A DNA stretch of 64,000 bases from Oligoflexia bacterium (GCA_963758495.1 CAVWVI010000003.1:992001-1056000); one strand, 5' to 3'. Positions 29,066 to 40,013 are shown, numbered from the stretch's first letter. Numbers and translations are program-made. The notes: generated from the letters alone by a model not told the origin.

Positions 29066-30343
29066 TCATCCCCTCACTTGCCCCATCCCATTAACAATCC
29101 ACCGAACGCTAGTCAACTCACGGAGCCCCACAGGACCTCTTACATGCAGCTTTTGGGTGCTAATTCCCAATTCACCGCCTAAGCCCATTTCAAAACCATC
29201 AGTAAATCGAGTAGAAGTATTCCAGTAAACGACTGCGGCATCCACTTCAGTCTGAAACTTTTGAGCAATCGTTTGCGATCGCGTAATAATGGCTTCAGAA
29301 TGGTGTGACCCATGTTTTTCGATGTGAGAGATGGCATCTTCTAAGGAGTTCACCACCTTGCAACTCATACTCAAGCTCAAGTACTCTGTGTTCCAACTTT
29401 GTTTCGTAGCATGCTTTACATTTTGACGGCCCTCGAGAATCGAGAATGAAGCAGGACAAGTAAACCATTCTACACCGTGCGCCAAAAGACGAGAATGAAG
29501 CTGTGGTAAAAACTCCTTGGCGACTTGCTCATGCACGAGGAGTGTTTCCATAGCGTTGCAAACGCCCGGTCGTTGAGTCTTCGCATTGATAATAATATTC
29601 GAAGCCATCGTTAAATCAGCATCCTCATGGATATAAATATGACATAATCCTCGATCATTTTTGATAACAGGAATGGTAGACTCATTTGTGACATATTCAA
29701 TGAGTGCATCCCCTCCCCTAGGTACGACAACATCGATCCATTGCTTTTGTTTTAATAAGAAATGCGATAATTCCCGATCTGAATCTTTGATTCCCCAAAA
29801 ACTATTCTTGGAACAACCCTCAGAATGGAGAGCCTTTTCAAGAATCTCATAGAGGACTTTTGTAGTCTTCATGGATTCTTTTCCACCCCGTAAAATAATG
29901 ACATTGCCGGATTTAAAAGCCAATGAAAATGCTTCAATCGCCACGTTTGGGCGAGATTCAAATATCATAAAAATAACGCCCAGCGGTGAGCGGATTCGCC
30001 GTGCCTTTAATCCATTTTTAAATTGCTTCTCATCGATGACCTCACCTACTGGATCAGAAAGCAAAGCGACTTGTTTCAGACTTTCTACCATCCCCGAAAT
30101 TCTCTCGGGAGTTAACGTCAGGCGATCTAGAAAAGAAGAAGAAAAAAGTGAATTTTCTATTACCTTCTTTCTGGCTAAACGAAGGTCCATTTGATTGGCC
30201 TTGAGTATCTCATTTTGGTGCGTCAGTAAAAGCTCCGCAGCCCTGAGCAAAACTTGATTTTTTCGAGCAGTCGCGAGTGATCTGAGTTCTTTTGCTGATT
30301 TTTTTAATCTACGCAATTGCGTAAGAGTGATGGCTTCGTTCAT
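29066..30343 (-). CDS. proA: Gamma-glutamyl phosphate reductase
   Basis: 'FESRPNV', 'PGVCNAMET', 'GISTQKLHVRGP'. Confidence 0.96.
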   Translation of the reverse strand: MNEAITLTQLRRLKKSAKELRSLATARKNQVLLRAAELLLTHQNEILKANQMDLRLARKKVIENSLFSSSFLDRLTLTPERISGMVESLKQVALLSDPVGEVIDEKQFKNGLKARRIRSPLGVIFMIFESRPNVAIEAFSLAFKSGNVIILRGGKESMKTTKVLYEILEKALHSEGCSKNSFWGIKDSDRELSHFLLKQKQWIDVVVPRGGDALIEYVTNESTIPVIKNDRGLCHIYIHEDADLTMASNIIINAKTQRPGVCNAMETLLVHEQVAKEFLPQLHSRLLAHGVEWFTCPASFSILEGRQNVKHATKQSWNTEYLSLSMSCKVVNSLEDAISHIEKHGSHHSEAIITRSQTIAQKFQTEVDAAVVYWNTSTRFTDGFEMGLGGELGISTQKLHVRGPVGLRELTSVRWIVNGMGQVRG

Positions 30344-30348
30344 TTCTA

Positions 30349-31167
30349 CTATTTTCCCTTTTGGGCTTCAATCCATGTGCCGACCTGTTTATCTTCTGCC
30401 ACATGAAGAAGAACTGAAGGGAGATCCCCTTTAGCCAACCAAGTATCAATCCCTTGCGCTGATGCTTCATTCGCAGCTTTCAGTTTAGAATACATACCCC
30501 CTGTACCGCGGGTTGTCCCCGCTTCCGGTGCCATCTTGGCAAGAAAATGCGGGCTTACATCTGAAATTTTACGAATCAATTGTGCATCAGCATGCTTTCT
30601 TGGATCCACATCGTAAAGTCCTTCTACATCTGTCAAAATCAATAACCGATCCGCATGAATACAATGCGCTACTTTGGCGGAAAGCGAATCATTATCACCA
30701 AATCGAATTTCTTCGGTTGCAACTGCGTCATTTTCATTAAGAATCGGCGTCACACCCCACTCCAAGAGTTGCTCAATGGTATTTTTAAAACAACCTCGCC
30801 GATTCTTATCCGCTAGGTCATCATAAGTCAGCAAAATTTGTGCACCTAACAAGCCCTGGGCATGAAGTGCCAGATTGTAGAGGTCCATCACGATAGGTTG
30901 ACCAATTGCACTCAACGCCTGCTTTTCCGCCAACAATCGATTAGGCTTTTTAAATTGGGTGCGATCTACCGCAGAGGCAATGGCTCCCGAGGTCACCCAA
31001 ATGACCTCGATTTCATGATCTCTTCGGAGCTGTGCCACTTGTTGCATCCACGCTCGAATCAGAAGAGGCCCCCCGGAACAAACAATATTACTTCCGGCCT
31101 TCACTACCCATCGTTTGAATTTAGGGCTGAATTTAGGGCTGAATTTAGAACGATTTTTTTTTTGCAT
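30349..31167 (-). CDS. proB: Glutamate 5-kinase (no PUA domain)
   Basis: 'ILNENDAV', 'FGDNDSLSA', 'GTGGMYSKL'; 12-bp duplication (KFSP x2) at 31116-31148. Confidence 0.95.
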   Translation of the reverse strand: MQKKNRSKFSPKFSPKFKRWVVKAGSNIVCSGGPLLIRAWMQQVAQLRRDHEIEVIWVTSGAIASAVDRTQFKKPNRLLAEKQALSAIGQPIVMDLYNLALHAQGLLGAQILLTYDDLADKNRRGCFKNTIEQLLEWGVTPILNENDAVATEEIRFGDNDSLSAKVAHCIHADRLLILTDVEGLYDVDPRKHADAQLIRKISDVSPHFLAKMAPEAGTTRGTGGMYSKLKAANEASAQGIDTWLAKGDLPSVLLHVAEDKQVGTWIEAQKGK

Positions 31168-31169
31168 GA

Positions 31170-31742
31170 TTAGGTCAAATAGGGGCCTAAACCCTGAGCC
31201 TTACGAATGGCATCCGCTACTTCTCGAACTGCACCCCATCCTCCTGAACTCTCAGTTACATAATGAACTCGGCTTTTCACTGGATCCACGGCATGAGGAA
31301 CCGTAGCACTGAACCCCACTCTTTCAATAATGGGGATGTCAAAAAGATCATCTCCCATGAAAGCCATTTGATCCAAGGTAATACCCGTTGACTGAATAAT
31401 CTTATTCAAAGCAATCAATTTATCTTCATCACCTAAAAAAACGTGCTTAATATTCAAGAACTCCATTCGAGTTCGAACATCCTGCGAATCACCCCCGCTG
31501 ATCACTGCAACTTGAATTCCATATTTCATGAGAATCTTGAGTCCATGACCGTCTTTGATGTGAAAGTAACGAGTCCATCCATGACCATTCAGCCAAAAAA
31601 CCCGGCCATCAGTCATCACGCCGTCCACATCGAGAATCAGGAGTTTAATCTTTTTTAATCGATTTTGAATATCGGGAGTTTCCAATAATTTGGATGAAGC
31701 AACACTGGAAGATAGATTCATGAATTTCCCCTCTATGAGCAA
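31170..31742 (-). CDS. kdsC: KDO-8-phosphate phosphatase (HAD)
   Basis: 'LDVDGVMTDG', 'GDDLFD', 'GAVRE'. Confidence 0.93.
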   Translation of the reverse strand: MLIEGKFMNLSSSVASSKLLETPDIQNRLKKIKLLILDVDGVMTDGRVFWLNGHGWTRYFHIKDGHGLKILMKYGIQVAVISGGDSQDVRTRMEFLNIKHVFLGDEDKLIALNKIIQSTGITLDQMAFMGDDLFDIPIIERVGFSATVPHAVDPVKSRVHYVTESSGGWGAVREVADAIRKAQGLGPYLT

Positions 31743-32614
31743 GCCTCTGGCAAAAGCTTAGGCTGATTTAAAACTAATGAACGAATTTCAAGAAGTTGTT
31801 TTACAAATGCCCCAACATGTTCCAAGTAAAATGCATTGGGTCCATCACTTTTAGCCTCAATGGGGCGTGGGTGACATTCCATAAAAAGCCCACTTGCACC
31901 TGCAGCCATAGCCGCACGAGCCAATGTCTCTAGATATTCTCGTTTTCCACCGGTGCTCTTACCTCCCAAACCCATTCCAGGCATCTGAATAGAGTGAGTC
32001 GCATCATAAATCACAGAAACACCATATTGCTTCATACATTGAAATGAAATCATATCGACAACAAGAGTATTATAACCAAAAGACGTGCCCCGCTCAGTCA
32101 AACAAAACCAATCTGACTTCGGTTTGGTTTTCATGCCTTTTTTTGTCTGCTTTTCCTCAACAGCACGAACTTTCTCGACAATATTTTTTGCATCCCAAGG
32201 GGCGAGGAACTGGCCTTTTTTTACGTTGAGTTTACGACCATGCTCTAAAGCAGCTTCTGCTCCGGCAATGATCATATCTGTTTGTCGACACAGAAATGCA
32301 GGGACTTGCAAAAAATCTACGATTTCTGCAACAGGCTTGGCTTGATCCGGACTGTGAAAATCCGTTAAGAGTGGCAAATCTGTTTTTTCCCGAACACGAT
32401 CTAAAATTTTGAGCCCATTCACCAAACCGGGTCCACGAAAGCCATCAATTGAAGTCCGGTTGGCCTTATCGAAGGAAGCTTTGAAATAAAGCTCCACAGG
32501 AAGTTCGTGTAGTTGACGTTTCAATTCTTGAGCAACTTCCATCATGAGGCCCTCATCCTCAATCACACAAGGGCCTGCAATCAAAGTCATGGGTGTTGCT
32601 TGAATTTGCTTCAT
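31733..32614 (-). CDS. kdsA: KDO-8-phosphate synthase
   Basis: 'IAGPCVIE', 'KASFDKANRTS', 'PAFLCRQTD'. Confidence 0.97.
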   Translation of the reverse strand: MKQIQATPMTLIAGPCVIEDEGLMMEVAQELKRQLHELPVELYFKASFDKANRTSIDGFRGPGLVNGLKILDRVREKTDLPLLTDFHSPDQAKPVAEIVDFLQVPAFLCRQTDMIIAGAEAALEHGRKLNVKKGQFLAPWDAKNIVEKVRAVEEKQTKKGMKTKPKSDWFCLTERGTSFGYNTLVVDMISFQCMKQYGVSVIYDATHSIQMPGMGLGGKSTGGKREYLETLARAAMAAGASGLFMECHPRPIEAKSDGPNAFYLEHVGAFVKQLLEIRSLVLNQPKLLPEACS

Positions 32615-32617
32615 CGA

Positions 32618-34255
32618 CTAATTTCCTTTGAATTTCTTTGCAGCTTGAATAAATGAAACAAAAAGAGGATGGGGCTGCAACGGTTTACTCAAAAACTCTG
32701 GATGAAATTGGCATCCCAAGAACCAAGGGTGTTCCGGTAATTCTATCATCTCCACCAATTCCGCACGTGTTTCAGAATCAATATTCTTACCCGAAACGAT
32801 GAGTCCTGCCTCTTCTAGACGAGGTCGATATTGATTCGATACTTCAAAGCGATGTCGATGACGTTCTGAAATGACTTCTTTACCATAAGCCATAAACGCT
32901 CGTGTCGGTGCTCCTGAAATCTTTGGAGTGACCTGGCAAACATAGGCACCTAACCGCATTGTACCCCCTTTGTTGGTCAGAGACTTTTGAGACTCCATCA
33001 GATCAATCACATTTTCTTTGCCATCCGGCTTGAACTCAGCAGAATTAGCTTCTGTCATTTTACACTGAGAACGCGCAAAAGCGATGACCGCCAATTGCAT
33101 CCCTAAACAAATCCCGAAATAAGGAACGTTTTGAGTACGTGCAAATTCGATTGCTTGGATTTTACCTTCCACTCCTCGTTCACCGAATCCGCCTGGAACA
33201 AGAATTCCATCTACCGACTTCAGAAGGTCTTGATTTTTTCCTTTTTCAATTTCTTCAGCATCAATGTAAAGCATATTCACACGGACATGGTTTGCAACTC
33301 CACCGTGAATCAGCGCCTCAGAAAGAGATTTATAAGTGTCTCGCCAGTCAGTGTATTTTCCAACGATCCCAATACGGACCTCACCTTTGGGGTCACGAAG
33401 TTTTGAAATCATAGTCTCCCACTTGGAGAGATCGGGTCTTCCACACCAAATGCCTAGCTTTTCAGCAATTTTTTCATCTAATCCTTCTTCATGAAAATAA
33501 AGAGGGACTTCATAAATACTAGCTACATCAATAGCACTAAAAACTTGATCTCCAGGAACATTACAAAAAAGCCCAATTTTATCTTTTACGTCTTTAGGCA
33601 ACTTACGATCAGAACGACAGAGAAGAATATCGGGTTGAATTCCGATCTCTCGAAGTTCTTTTACGCTATGTTGCGTAGGTTTAGTTTTTAACTCGCCTGC
33701 AGTAGCAATGTAAGGAACTAAAGTGAGGTGCACGAATAAAACATTCGCCGCTCCTTCTTCCACTTTCATCTGCCGAATCGCTTCGAGAAACGGTAAACTT
33801 TCTATATCACCTACAGTTCCGCCCACTTCAACAATAGCCAGATCTGCATCTATTGAAGCATCTTGAATATGGCGTCTAATTTCGTCCGTAATATGAGGGA
33901 TAACCTGAACTGTTTTACCTAAATAGCCTCCGGCTCGCTCGCGACGAATGACTGCGTCATAGATACGGCCGGTAGTAAAACTATTTTTGCGAGAAAATTG
34001 GGCTTTTTGAACAAATCGAGAATAATGACCCAAATCTAAATCTGTCTCGGCACCATCATTCAAGACAAAAACTTCTCCGTGCTGAAAAGGACTCATAGTA
34101 CCGGGATCGACATTTAAATAAGGATCCATCTTAATCATGGTGACCTTAATCCCACGCTGTTCCATGAGCATTCCGATGGAAGCTGCGCTGATCCCTTTAC
34201 CAATGCTCGAAAGCACGCCGCCGGTTACAAATATATACTTTCTCTGTTTTGCCAT
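32618..34255 (-). CDS. pyrG: CTP synthase
   Basis: '[10 protein letters not shown]', 'KTKPTQHSV', 'GICLGMQ', 'QFHPEF'. Confidence 0.98.
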   Translation of the reverse strand: MAKQRKYIFVTGGVLSSIGKGISAASIGMLMEQRGIKVTMIKMDPYLNVDPGTMSPFQHGEVFVLNDGAETDLDLGHYSRFVQKAQFSRKNSFTTGRIYDAVIRRERAGGYLGKTVQVIPHITDEIRRHIQDASIDADLAIVEVGGTVGDIESLPFLEAIRQMKVEEGAANVLFVHLTLVPYIATAGELKTKPTQHSVKELREIGIQPDILLCRSDRKLPKDVKDKIGLFCNVPGDQVFSAIDVASIYEVPLYFHEEGLDEKIAEKLGIWCGRPDLSKWETMISKLRDPKGEVRIGIVGKYTDWRDTYKSLSEALIHGGVANHVRVNMLYIDAEEIEKGKNQDLLKSVDGILVPGGFGERGVEGKIQAIEFARTQNVPYFGICLGMQLAVIAFARSQCKMTEANSAEFKPDGKENVIDLMESQKSLTNKGGTMRLGAYVCQVTPKISGAPTRAFMAYGKEVISERHRHRFEVSNQYRPRLEEAGLIVSGKNIDSETRAELVEMIELPEHPWFLGCQFHPEFLSKPLQPHPLFVSFIQAAKKFKGN

Positions 34256-34381
34256 TTAAATTAAACCTTATCTGGAGAGTGTTTTTAGATTCATACTAAA
34301 AATCCAGGTACTTTTACAAGCTCCTCGCGCATGCCGACTCAAATTAAGCCCAATAGTTGACTACTTTTATACTTATTTATC

Positions 34382-35173
34382 TTAACGTGAAACCGTAAAT
34401 AAATATTCTGCAATGATTCGAAAATCTTCTTCATTTACAGGGGACAGAAGAATCCTTTCATATTCAGGGTTTAACGGCTTTAAAATAACTTGCGTATGTT
34501 GCCAGGAACCATCGGGAGCAATACTCTTTGATGAATGGTATTGCTTGACTGTGTAACTACCACCCGTTTCAGGATCCGCTGGACCTCGATATTGCACCAA
34601 TAAAATTTTACCTTGCCGCGTACCGCTCGGATGAGCTCGAAATACCAAAAAGTCGCCATTTCGAATTTTTGGCAACATAGAGTCTCCTACCGCACGGGCA
34701 ACGAACATTTTATCATCCAGGTTACCCGTAATTCTTTTTATTTCTACCCATCCCTCGGGATGAACGGCTTCTCCCATGCCAAAATAACCTGCGGCCGCCT
34801 TTAAAGAATACAGGGGAAGGAGCGTTTGAAAGGCTTCCTTTTTCACTCTTAAATGATCTAATTCAAGAAGTGTGGGCGAAACTCGGGGTTTTGACCCCTC
34901 ATGTTCCACTACGGGTAATTGAAAATCTAAAAGGAATTTTGGATGAATGTCCAATGCGTTTCCATATCGATAAAGTGCGGAAACTGTCACAGCTCCAGAG
35001 CCTCTTTCTAATCGATGAATCACGCTTGTGCTTAAACCATCGCTTTCCTTTGACAATCGGTCAATTGAATACCCCTTCTGAATGCGAAGCTTTTGGCAAT
35101 ACTGACCCAATGCTTTTAGAAATGGAAAATCTTTAAGCCGTCTCGCCTTTTTGGGTCTTTTTCCATTTAACAT
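34382..35173 (-). CDS. Xre/Cro-CI HTH + S24 peptidase repressor (CI/LexA-like)
   Basis: HTH 'LRIQKGYSIDRLS...VIHRLERG'; Ala-Gly site 'AAAG'; Ser in 'GDSM'; Lys in 'TVKQY'. Confidence 0.88.
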   Translation of the reverse strand: MLNGKRPKKARRLKDFPFLKALGQYCQKLRIQKGYSIDRLSKESDGLSTSVIHRLERGSGAVTVSALYRYGNALDIHPKFLLDFQLPVVEHEGSKPRVSPTLLELDHLRVKKEAFQTLLPLYSLKAAAGYFGMGEAVHPEGWVEIKRITGNLDDKMFVARAVGDSMLPKIRNGDFLVFRAHPSGTRQGKILLVQYRGPADPETGGSYTVKQYHSSKSIAPDGSWQHTQVILKPLNPEYERILLSPVNEEDFRIIAEYLFTVSR

Positions 35174-35207
35174 ATTGAAAGATTAGACTTTTTAGCTGAA
35201 TCTTTCT

Positions 35208-35267
35208 TTCTGTTTGAAGAACAAATGTTATTCTGTATAAAGAATACCACTTGTTCTTCATTTAGAA
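35208..35267. promoter_or_regulatory. Three TTCT-N6-AGAA operator-like palindromes at 23-bp period
   Basis: Start positions 35208, 35231 and 35254. Confidence 0.7.
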
Positions 35268-35299
35268 ATAAAAAAAGAAATAATAATCAGGAGCTAAAA

Positions 35300-35722
35300 G
35301 TGAATCATCTCAATAAGATACACGGTCATCGATTACGCTATTCGAAGAAAGCAAAAACCGTCCTCGTTGTAGACGACTTTATAGAACTACTCAAAATCAC
35401 TGAAATTAATCTAAACTCCCATGGATACATCGTCATTACAGCTAAAAATGGACTCGATGCCTTGAATCTACTTCAAGCTATGCCAGAACTGCCATTTGCG
35501 CTGATCACAGATTGGAATATGCCTCTACTGAACGGGGAACAACTCATTCGCGGTCTTGTCTCAGCACAAATCCATGTCAATCATGTCATTATTTCGTCCT
35601 CAATGCTGATAGAGGAGCCCCAGATACAGGAATTAAAAAGCCTTCGTCATGGTTTACGAATTCAACACATCCAAAAGCCTTATGCCGCTGATCGTTTAAT
35701 CCAACTCTTAGAGATTCCTTAA
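35300..35722 (+). CDS. Single-domain response regulator (receiver)
   Basis: SD AGGAG then in-frame GTG at 35300; 'VLVVDD', 'ITDWNMP', 'QKPY'. Confidence 0.88.
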   Translation: MNHLNKIHGHRLRYSKKAKTVLVVDDFIELLKITEINLNSHGYIVITAKNGLDALNLLQAMPELPFALITDWNMPLLNGEQLIRGLVSAQIHVNHVIISSSMLIEEPQIQELKSLRHGLRIQHIQKPYAADRLIQLLEIP

Positions 35723-36831
35723 GCCAATACTTCTACTTCCGGTTTCCAAGATCCTTGCCATTGCTTCAGTCGAACTTTAGGGCGCCCCTGAGAAGGATTC
35801 TCAATAGGATATTCGATAAAAGCATAAGTAAGTCGGACTTGCTTCCCATAATCATCCAACTCTAAATTAGTCATTTCATTCCAAGTCCCCTCATTAAAGT
35901 ATTCTTTTCCTTCTCGCCACTGCCGATACCTGAGAATGTGGGTGTGACCAAAGATCACTGTATGCACATCATCGTTGGTTTCCAGGACTTTAAAAGCAAT
36001 TTTATCATAATTAGGGTAAAGTGAAATTTCCTTTAGCAAGCCCAATGTCGCCCGAACACCTTGGTAAATTTGATATTTTCTTCGGAATAAAATAGTATCA
36101 AAAACAAATTTCGCAATTTCCAACCCTGTCTTTAATCCCCAAAACAAATCATGAATCATGACCCATCTAAAAAACGTAGAGGGGGGACGGACTTTATCCA
36201 CGTGAGGTCGACTCTGTTTTATTTTTGGCAAAAGCACTGCCACAAAAAGTGAACCCCAAGGCAAATTAAGAACGGGCTCAGGGAGCCCTCTCGTGATAAA
36301 TGGACGTTCCATATCTGTTTTTGCAAAACGTTCATATTGCTGACCATGCTCTACATAAATACCATCAAATTGATAACGAACGTCGTGAAAGGTCACAGGA
36401 CCACCTACCGCCTCAGAGAATATTTTTTTTGGCCCTGGCCAAAGCATTCCCACATCGTGATTCCCAACCACGTAAGAAATAGTATGGCCGGGCGTTGCAG
36501 CGAAGCGCTTCAAAGCCTGAAAAAATTCTGGATGACCTGCTACAATTTTTTGAACCGCTCGGACCACGCTTCGTTCAGTGATCATATGGGTATGAACTCC
36601 CCACGTATCTATCTGAAGAAGATTTAAAATATCTCCATTCAAGATCAACTCTACTTCTGCAGTTGCAAAATTTCCTGAGCGGTAATAAGTTACAAATTCA
36701 GCAAACTCTCGGTCATAAATAAAGTCTTCAAGGATATTTTGAGTGCCATCTAAAAAATATCGACCCTTACCTAAATGAAAATCACTGACTACCAGTTTAT
36801 AACGGGTAGGAAATAAGCTATCACCTTCCAC
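35719..36831 (-). CDS. Calcineurin-like metallophosphoesterase
   Basis: 'SDFH', 'NGDI', 'GNHD', 'EHG', 'GHTH'. Confidence 0.9.
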   Translation of the reverse strand: MEGDSLFPTRYKLVVSDFHLGKGRYFLDGTQNILEDFIYDREFAEFVTYYRSGNFATAEVELILNGDILNLLQIDTWGVHTHMITERSVVRAVQKIVAGHPEFFQALKRFAATPGHTISYVVGNHDVGMLWPGPKKIFSEAVGGPVTFHDVRYQFDGIYVEHGQQYERFAKTDMERPFITRGLPEPVLNLPWGSLFVAVLLPKIKQSRPHVDKVRPPSTFFRWVMIHDLFWGLKTGLEIAKFVFDTILFRRKYQIYQGVRATLGLLKEISLYPNYDKIAFKVLETNDDVHTVIFGHTHILRYRQWREGKEYFNEGTWNEMTNLELDDYGKQVRLTYAFIEYPIENPSQGRPKVRLKQWQGSWKPEVEVLA

Positions 36832-38260
36832 TCGAAACCCCCTTTGTGAGAGGTTCAGCAGTATTCATTTGGGCAATGGATACACTATTTCTAATAGTTT
36901 TTTTTGCACTCATCATCGCCTGATCTGCTACCTCAATGATTTCCATCTTTGTTTTAGCATGAGCAGGAAATAATGCGACGCCAATGGAGATCGTAAAATG
37001 GGTAACTAGTCCTTCCTTTTTTAGAAAAGATTTTCTTTCTACAGATGCGCGAATTCGTTCGGCGATGGCTTTTGCCATCACGAGGTCACAGGGAGATAAG
37101 ATTGCAACAAATTCATCACCTCCATATCTAAATAGAGTATCTCTTTCTCGCACATATTTTTTCAAATGATTTCCAAGCTCATTCAGTAGTTTTGTTCCCG
37201 CCAGATGACCATATTGATCATTGACTAATTTAAATCGATCGGCATCTATAAAAAGCACGGCGAATGACTTCTGTGTTAACTGCGCTTGAGAGATTTCTCG
37301 ATCTAAAATAAAATTTAAATAACGAGTATTATAAAGTCCTGTCGCATCATCCACATAGACTAACTGCTGTACTCCAATATATTTCTGAATATTTTTGCTG
37401 GTCACTTCAATTTGTGCTTTTAATAATAGCAAGCAGCTTTCAAATGCGTCCATGGATTGAGGACGCTCAGGGGACAAGCATGCACAAAAATAATCCACTT
37501 TGTCTGCACATCGAAAACGGAAAAGAAAAAAAGCTGGGGAATGTTCGTTCCGTTCTACAAAACGATAAATTTGTTCCGAATTTGACATCTTCATTAAAGG
37601 ATTGGCCGAACGTAGAGCCATGTCCAAAACTTCCTCCAAAGTGCGATCGTAATGCTCGGCTGTTTCTATTCCTTCTACACGAACCGGATCAATTCCACGT
37701 TCAGTTCCCTGTAATGAATAAATGGAAGCATAACCAGCATTAAGTTCACGTAGCAGATAGCTTTGAACTGTTTCAAAAATTTTTCTTTCTTCTAATGCTG
37801 CTGAAATTAACTGACAGCTATTTAATAAATTAATAAATTTGGAGGCACTCCTATTTTCTCCAAAAACCATTTTTTTATCTAAACCTCGTTTTACGGCCAA
37901 CTGAAATGCATCTATATTAAATGGCTTGCTTAAAAAATCTTCTGCCCCCAAACGAATTGCGGCAACCGCCTGTTCTACGGTCGCTTGAGAAGAGACTAGA
38001 ATCACGCTTGTTTCAGGCTTCATCCTTTTGATGTGTTCAAGAAGAGTTAATCCTGAGGCACATTCAACAACCAAAATGAGATGGTAACTAGACCGATCAA
38101 TCCACTCAAGGAAATCACTCCCCCGACTGATGATATCAATTTTGCATTGAGCTACTTCGTGAATCAATTTGGTATAGAATTCGAACTCCTGAGGGATTTC
38201 TTCAATCAGAAGAATTTTATAAACAATGGAGTCCTGGTTTCTCTTATTTAGGATTTCCAT
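36821..38260 (-). CDS. Diguanylate cyclase with atypical N-terminal receiver domain
   Basis: 'DDATGLYN', 'RERD-TLFRY-GGDEF' (I-site plus intact active site). Confidence 0.92.
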   Translation of the reverse strand: MEILNKRNQDSIVYKILLIEEIPQEFEFYTKLIHEVAQCKIDIISRGSDFLEWIDRSSYHLILVVECASGLTLLEHIKRMKPETSVILVSSQATVEQAVAAIRLGAEDFLSKPFNIDAFQLAVKRGLDKKMVFGENRSASKFINLLNSCQLISAALEERKIFETVQSYLLRELNAGYASIYSLQGTERGIDPVRVEGIETAEHYDRTLEEVLDMALRSANPLMKMSNSEQIYRFVERNEHSPAFFLFRFRCADKVDYFCACLSPERPQSMDAFESCLLLLKAQIEVTSKNIQKYIGVQQLVYVDDATGLYNTRYLNFILDREISQAQLTQKSFAVLFIDADRFKLVNDQYGHLAGTKLLNELGNHLKKYVRERDTLFRYGGDEFVAILSPCDLVMAKAIAERIRASVERKSFLKKEGLVTHFTISIGVALFPAHAKTKMEIIEVADQAMMSAKKTIRNSVSIAQMNTAEPLTKGVSSGR

Positions 38261-38270
38261 ACAAATAGCC

Positions 38271-39914
38271 CTATGAAGTCTTACGCCTTTGCCTGTCTAA
38301 AGCTTCAGACTCTGAAGGATCAACCGCCGTTTGGACTCGTTCTACACCTTCTTTTTTAGTATCAAGCAAGCCTCCAACAACTTTCACTACCTGTGCTGCT
38401 TTTGAGAAACGATCTCGTAACATAGCTAAGTTTTCCTTTTCTCTGATATATTGGTCTTGAAGTAAATCCATATTAAATTCCAATAAATCGAGCTTTCGCT
38501 TTAGCTCAGTAATTTTATTCTCACGAGCACTAATCAATGCTTCAGAATCTTTTTTCATGATTTCCAATCGATTCTCTAACTCTTTTTCACGGACTCGAAT
38601 TTTTCTGATGTCTGAACGAATTCTTGCTTTCAACTGTTCCATTTCTTCCGCGGCTTCACGAAGTTGGTTTTCCAGCAAGCGTGCCTTGTCGGTTTTGGCT
38701 TTAACTTCAAATCGAAGTTCTATGATTTGACCTTCAAGTCCTTCCAATGCAACGCTTTTTTCTCTTTCAAATCCCTCTAGTTTTTGTTTTTGCTCATTTG
38801 CAATATGCGCCAACTCCGCATTTTTTGCTTTTTCTTCTCGAAGAAGTTGCTCAACCCGAGCATGCTCTCCTTGAGCCGCCTTAAATTGACTGGAGAGAAC
38901 GGCAACATCTTGTTCACGAAGATAAAGATATTTTTTTAAAGTCTCAAGATCGGGTGTCTGAGCAGCCCCCCCTGGCACTACGGCATCTCCCATCGGTTCA
39001 GCAAATACGAGAGAGGGATTCAAGGAAGAAGCAATAGAACTAGAATCCTTCTTAGAATCATTAAAAAGATAGGGCATTTCCTGCTCAACCTGCTTGTCGT
39101 CAGCTTCCACTTCAGAAGCTGGACTTGAAGTAAGTGGAATTGCCGGTGCTAATTCAATCTGAGACTCATCTAGGATCTGCTCTTGTATTTCAAGCACCGG
39201 TTCGACTGAATCCCCTAAACTGGATGCTAAAAGCGTAATTGGAAGATCTTGATTCGTATTCAACGTTAATACGGGAGCTTCTAACGAAGATAAACTGATA
39301 CCCGACGGCATTTCAGCAAAAGACTCTTCAGTCACCAAATGATCTAAACGAATACTCGGATCAGCAATAGAATCACGCGATTCCATTGCTGCATGGACAG
39401 GCGTTGCATCTTCTAAAACCATTTCTATTGATTCTTCATTAGGAGGAGGAGGACTTGATCTTTCCGAGCTTGTAACTGTCTCCAAAGGGACTAATTCGTG
39501 ATCCGGCAGCTTGTCAAAAGATTGACCTAATACTGCTTCAATCAAATCAAAAATTTGCTTCTCAGAAAATGGAGACTGCAAATAAGCGTTCACCCCCAGA
39601 GGACTCTCTTGGTGTTGAGCACACTCTGCCACAGACCACTGATCGGTAGTAAGAATCAGAGGAAGGTCACACTGACTCGGATCAGACTTAATCCTTTCGA
39701 TCAATTTCAGTCCTGGTAAATCGTCTAGGTTTTGAGAATCAGTCCTGCCTTCGCGATGAATGACACCGAGTTCTACACTTTCCCCATGAAGTTGAAGCAT
39801 TTGCCAAGCTTCATCCCTATCCGAAGGGAGAAGAACTGCAATCCCTTTTTTTTGCAAATTCACAACAATTTGATGCTGTGCGTTTATTTGTGGATTCAAA
39901 AAGAGAATCTTCAT
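38271..39914 (-). CDS. Pseudo-receiver + acidic linker + long coiled-coil protein (AglZ/FrzS-like architecture)
   Basis: Receiver-like N-terminus lacking canonical acidic residues; about 200 aa heptad-rich C-terminus; likely start ATG 39914 (ORF extends to 39986). Confidence 0.65.
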   Translation of the reverse strand: MKILFLNPQINAQHQIVVNLQKKGIAVLLPSDRDEAWQMLQLHGESVELGVIHREGRTDSQNLDDLPGLKLIERIKSDPSQCDLPLILTTDQWSVAECAQHQESPLGVNAYLQSPFSEKQIFDLIEAVLGQSFDKLPDHELVPLETVTSSERSSPPPPNEESIEMVLEDATPVHAAMESRDSIADPSIRLDHLVTEESFAEMPSGISLSSLEAPVLTLNTNQDLPITLLASSLGDSVEPVLEIQEQILDESQIELAPAIPLTSSPASEVEADDKQVEQEMPYLFNDSKKDSSSIASSLNPSLVFAEPMGDAVVPGGAAQTPDLETLKKYLYLREQDVAVLSSQFKAAQGEHARVEQLLREEKAKNAELAHIANEQKQKLEGFEREKSVALEGLEGQIIELRFEVKAKTDKARLLENQLREAAEEMEQLKARIRSDIRKIRVREKELENRLEIMKKDSEALISARENKITELKRKLDLLEFNMDLLQDQYIREKENLAMLRDRFSKAAQVVKVVGGLLDTKKEGVERVQTAVDPSESEALDRQRRKTS

Positions 39915-40013
39915 CAACTGACTTATCGGCACGCAAGAAAAAAGGATGACTGTCATTTTATGTCGAGAGATACCTGTATTTGACACTTCACATTCAAAAA
40001 GTTAACGTTTTCA

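Noticed and set aside
34382..35173. Prophage, or the host lexA gene
   Set aside because: No phage genes nearby; the N-terminus is an Xre-type HTH rather than the LexA winged helix.
35225..35299. N-terminal extension of the receiver ORF from ATG 35225
   Set aside because: Overlaps the operator array and lacks an SD; GTG 35300 has AGGAG.
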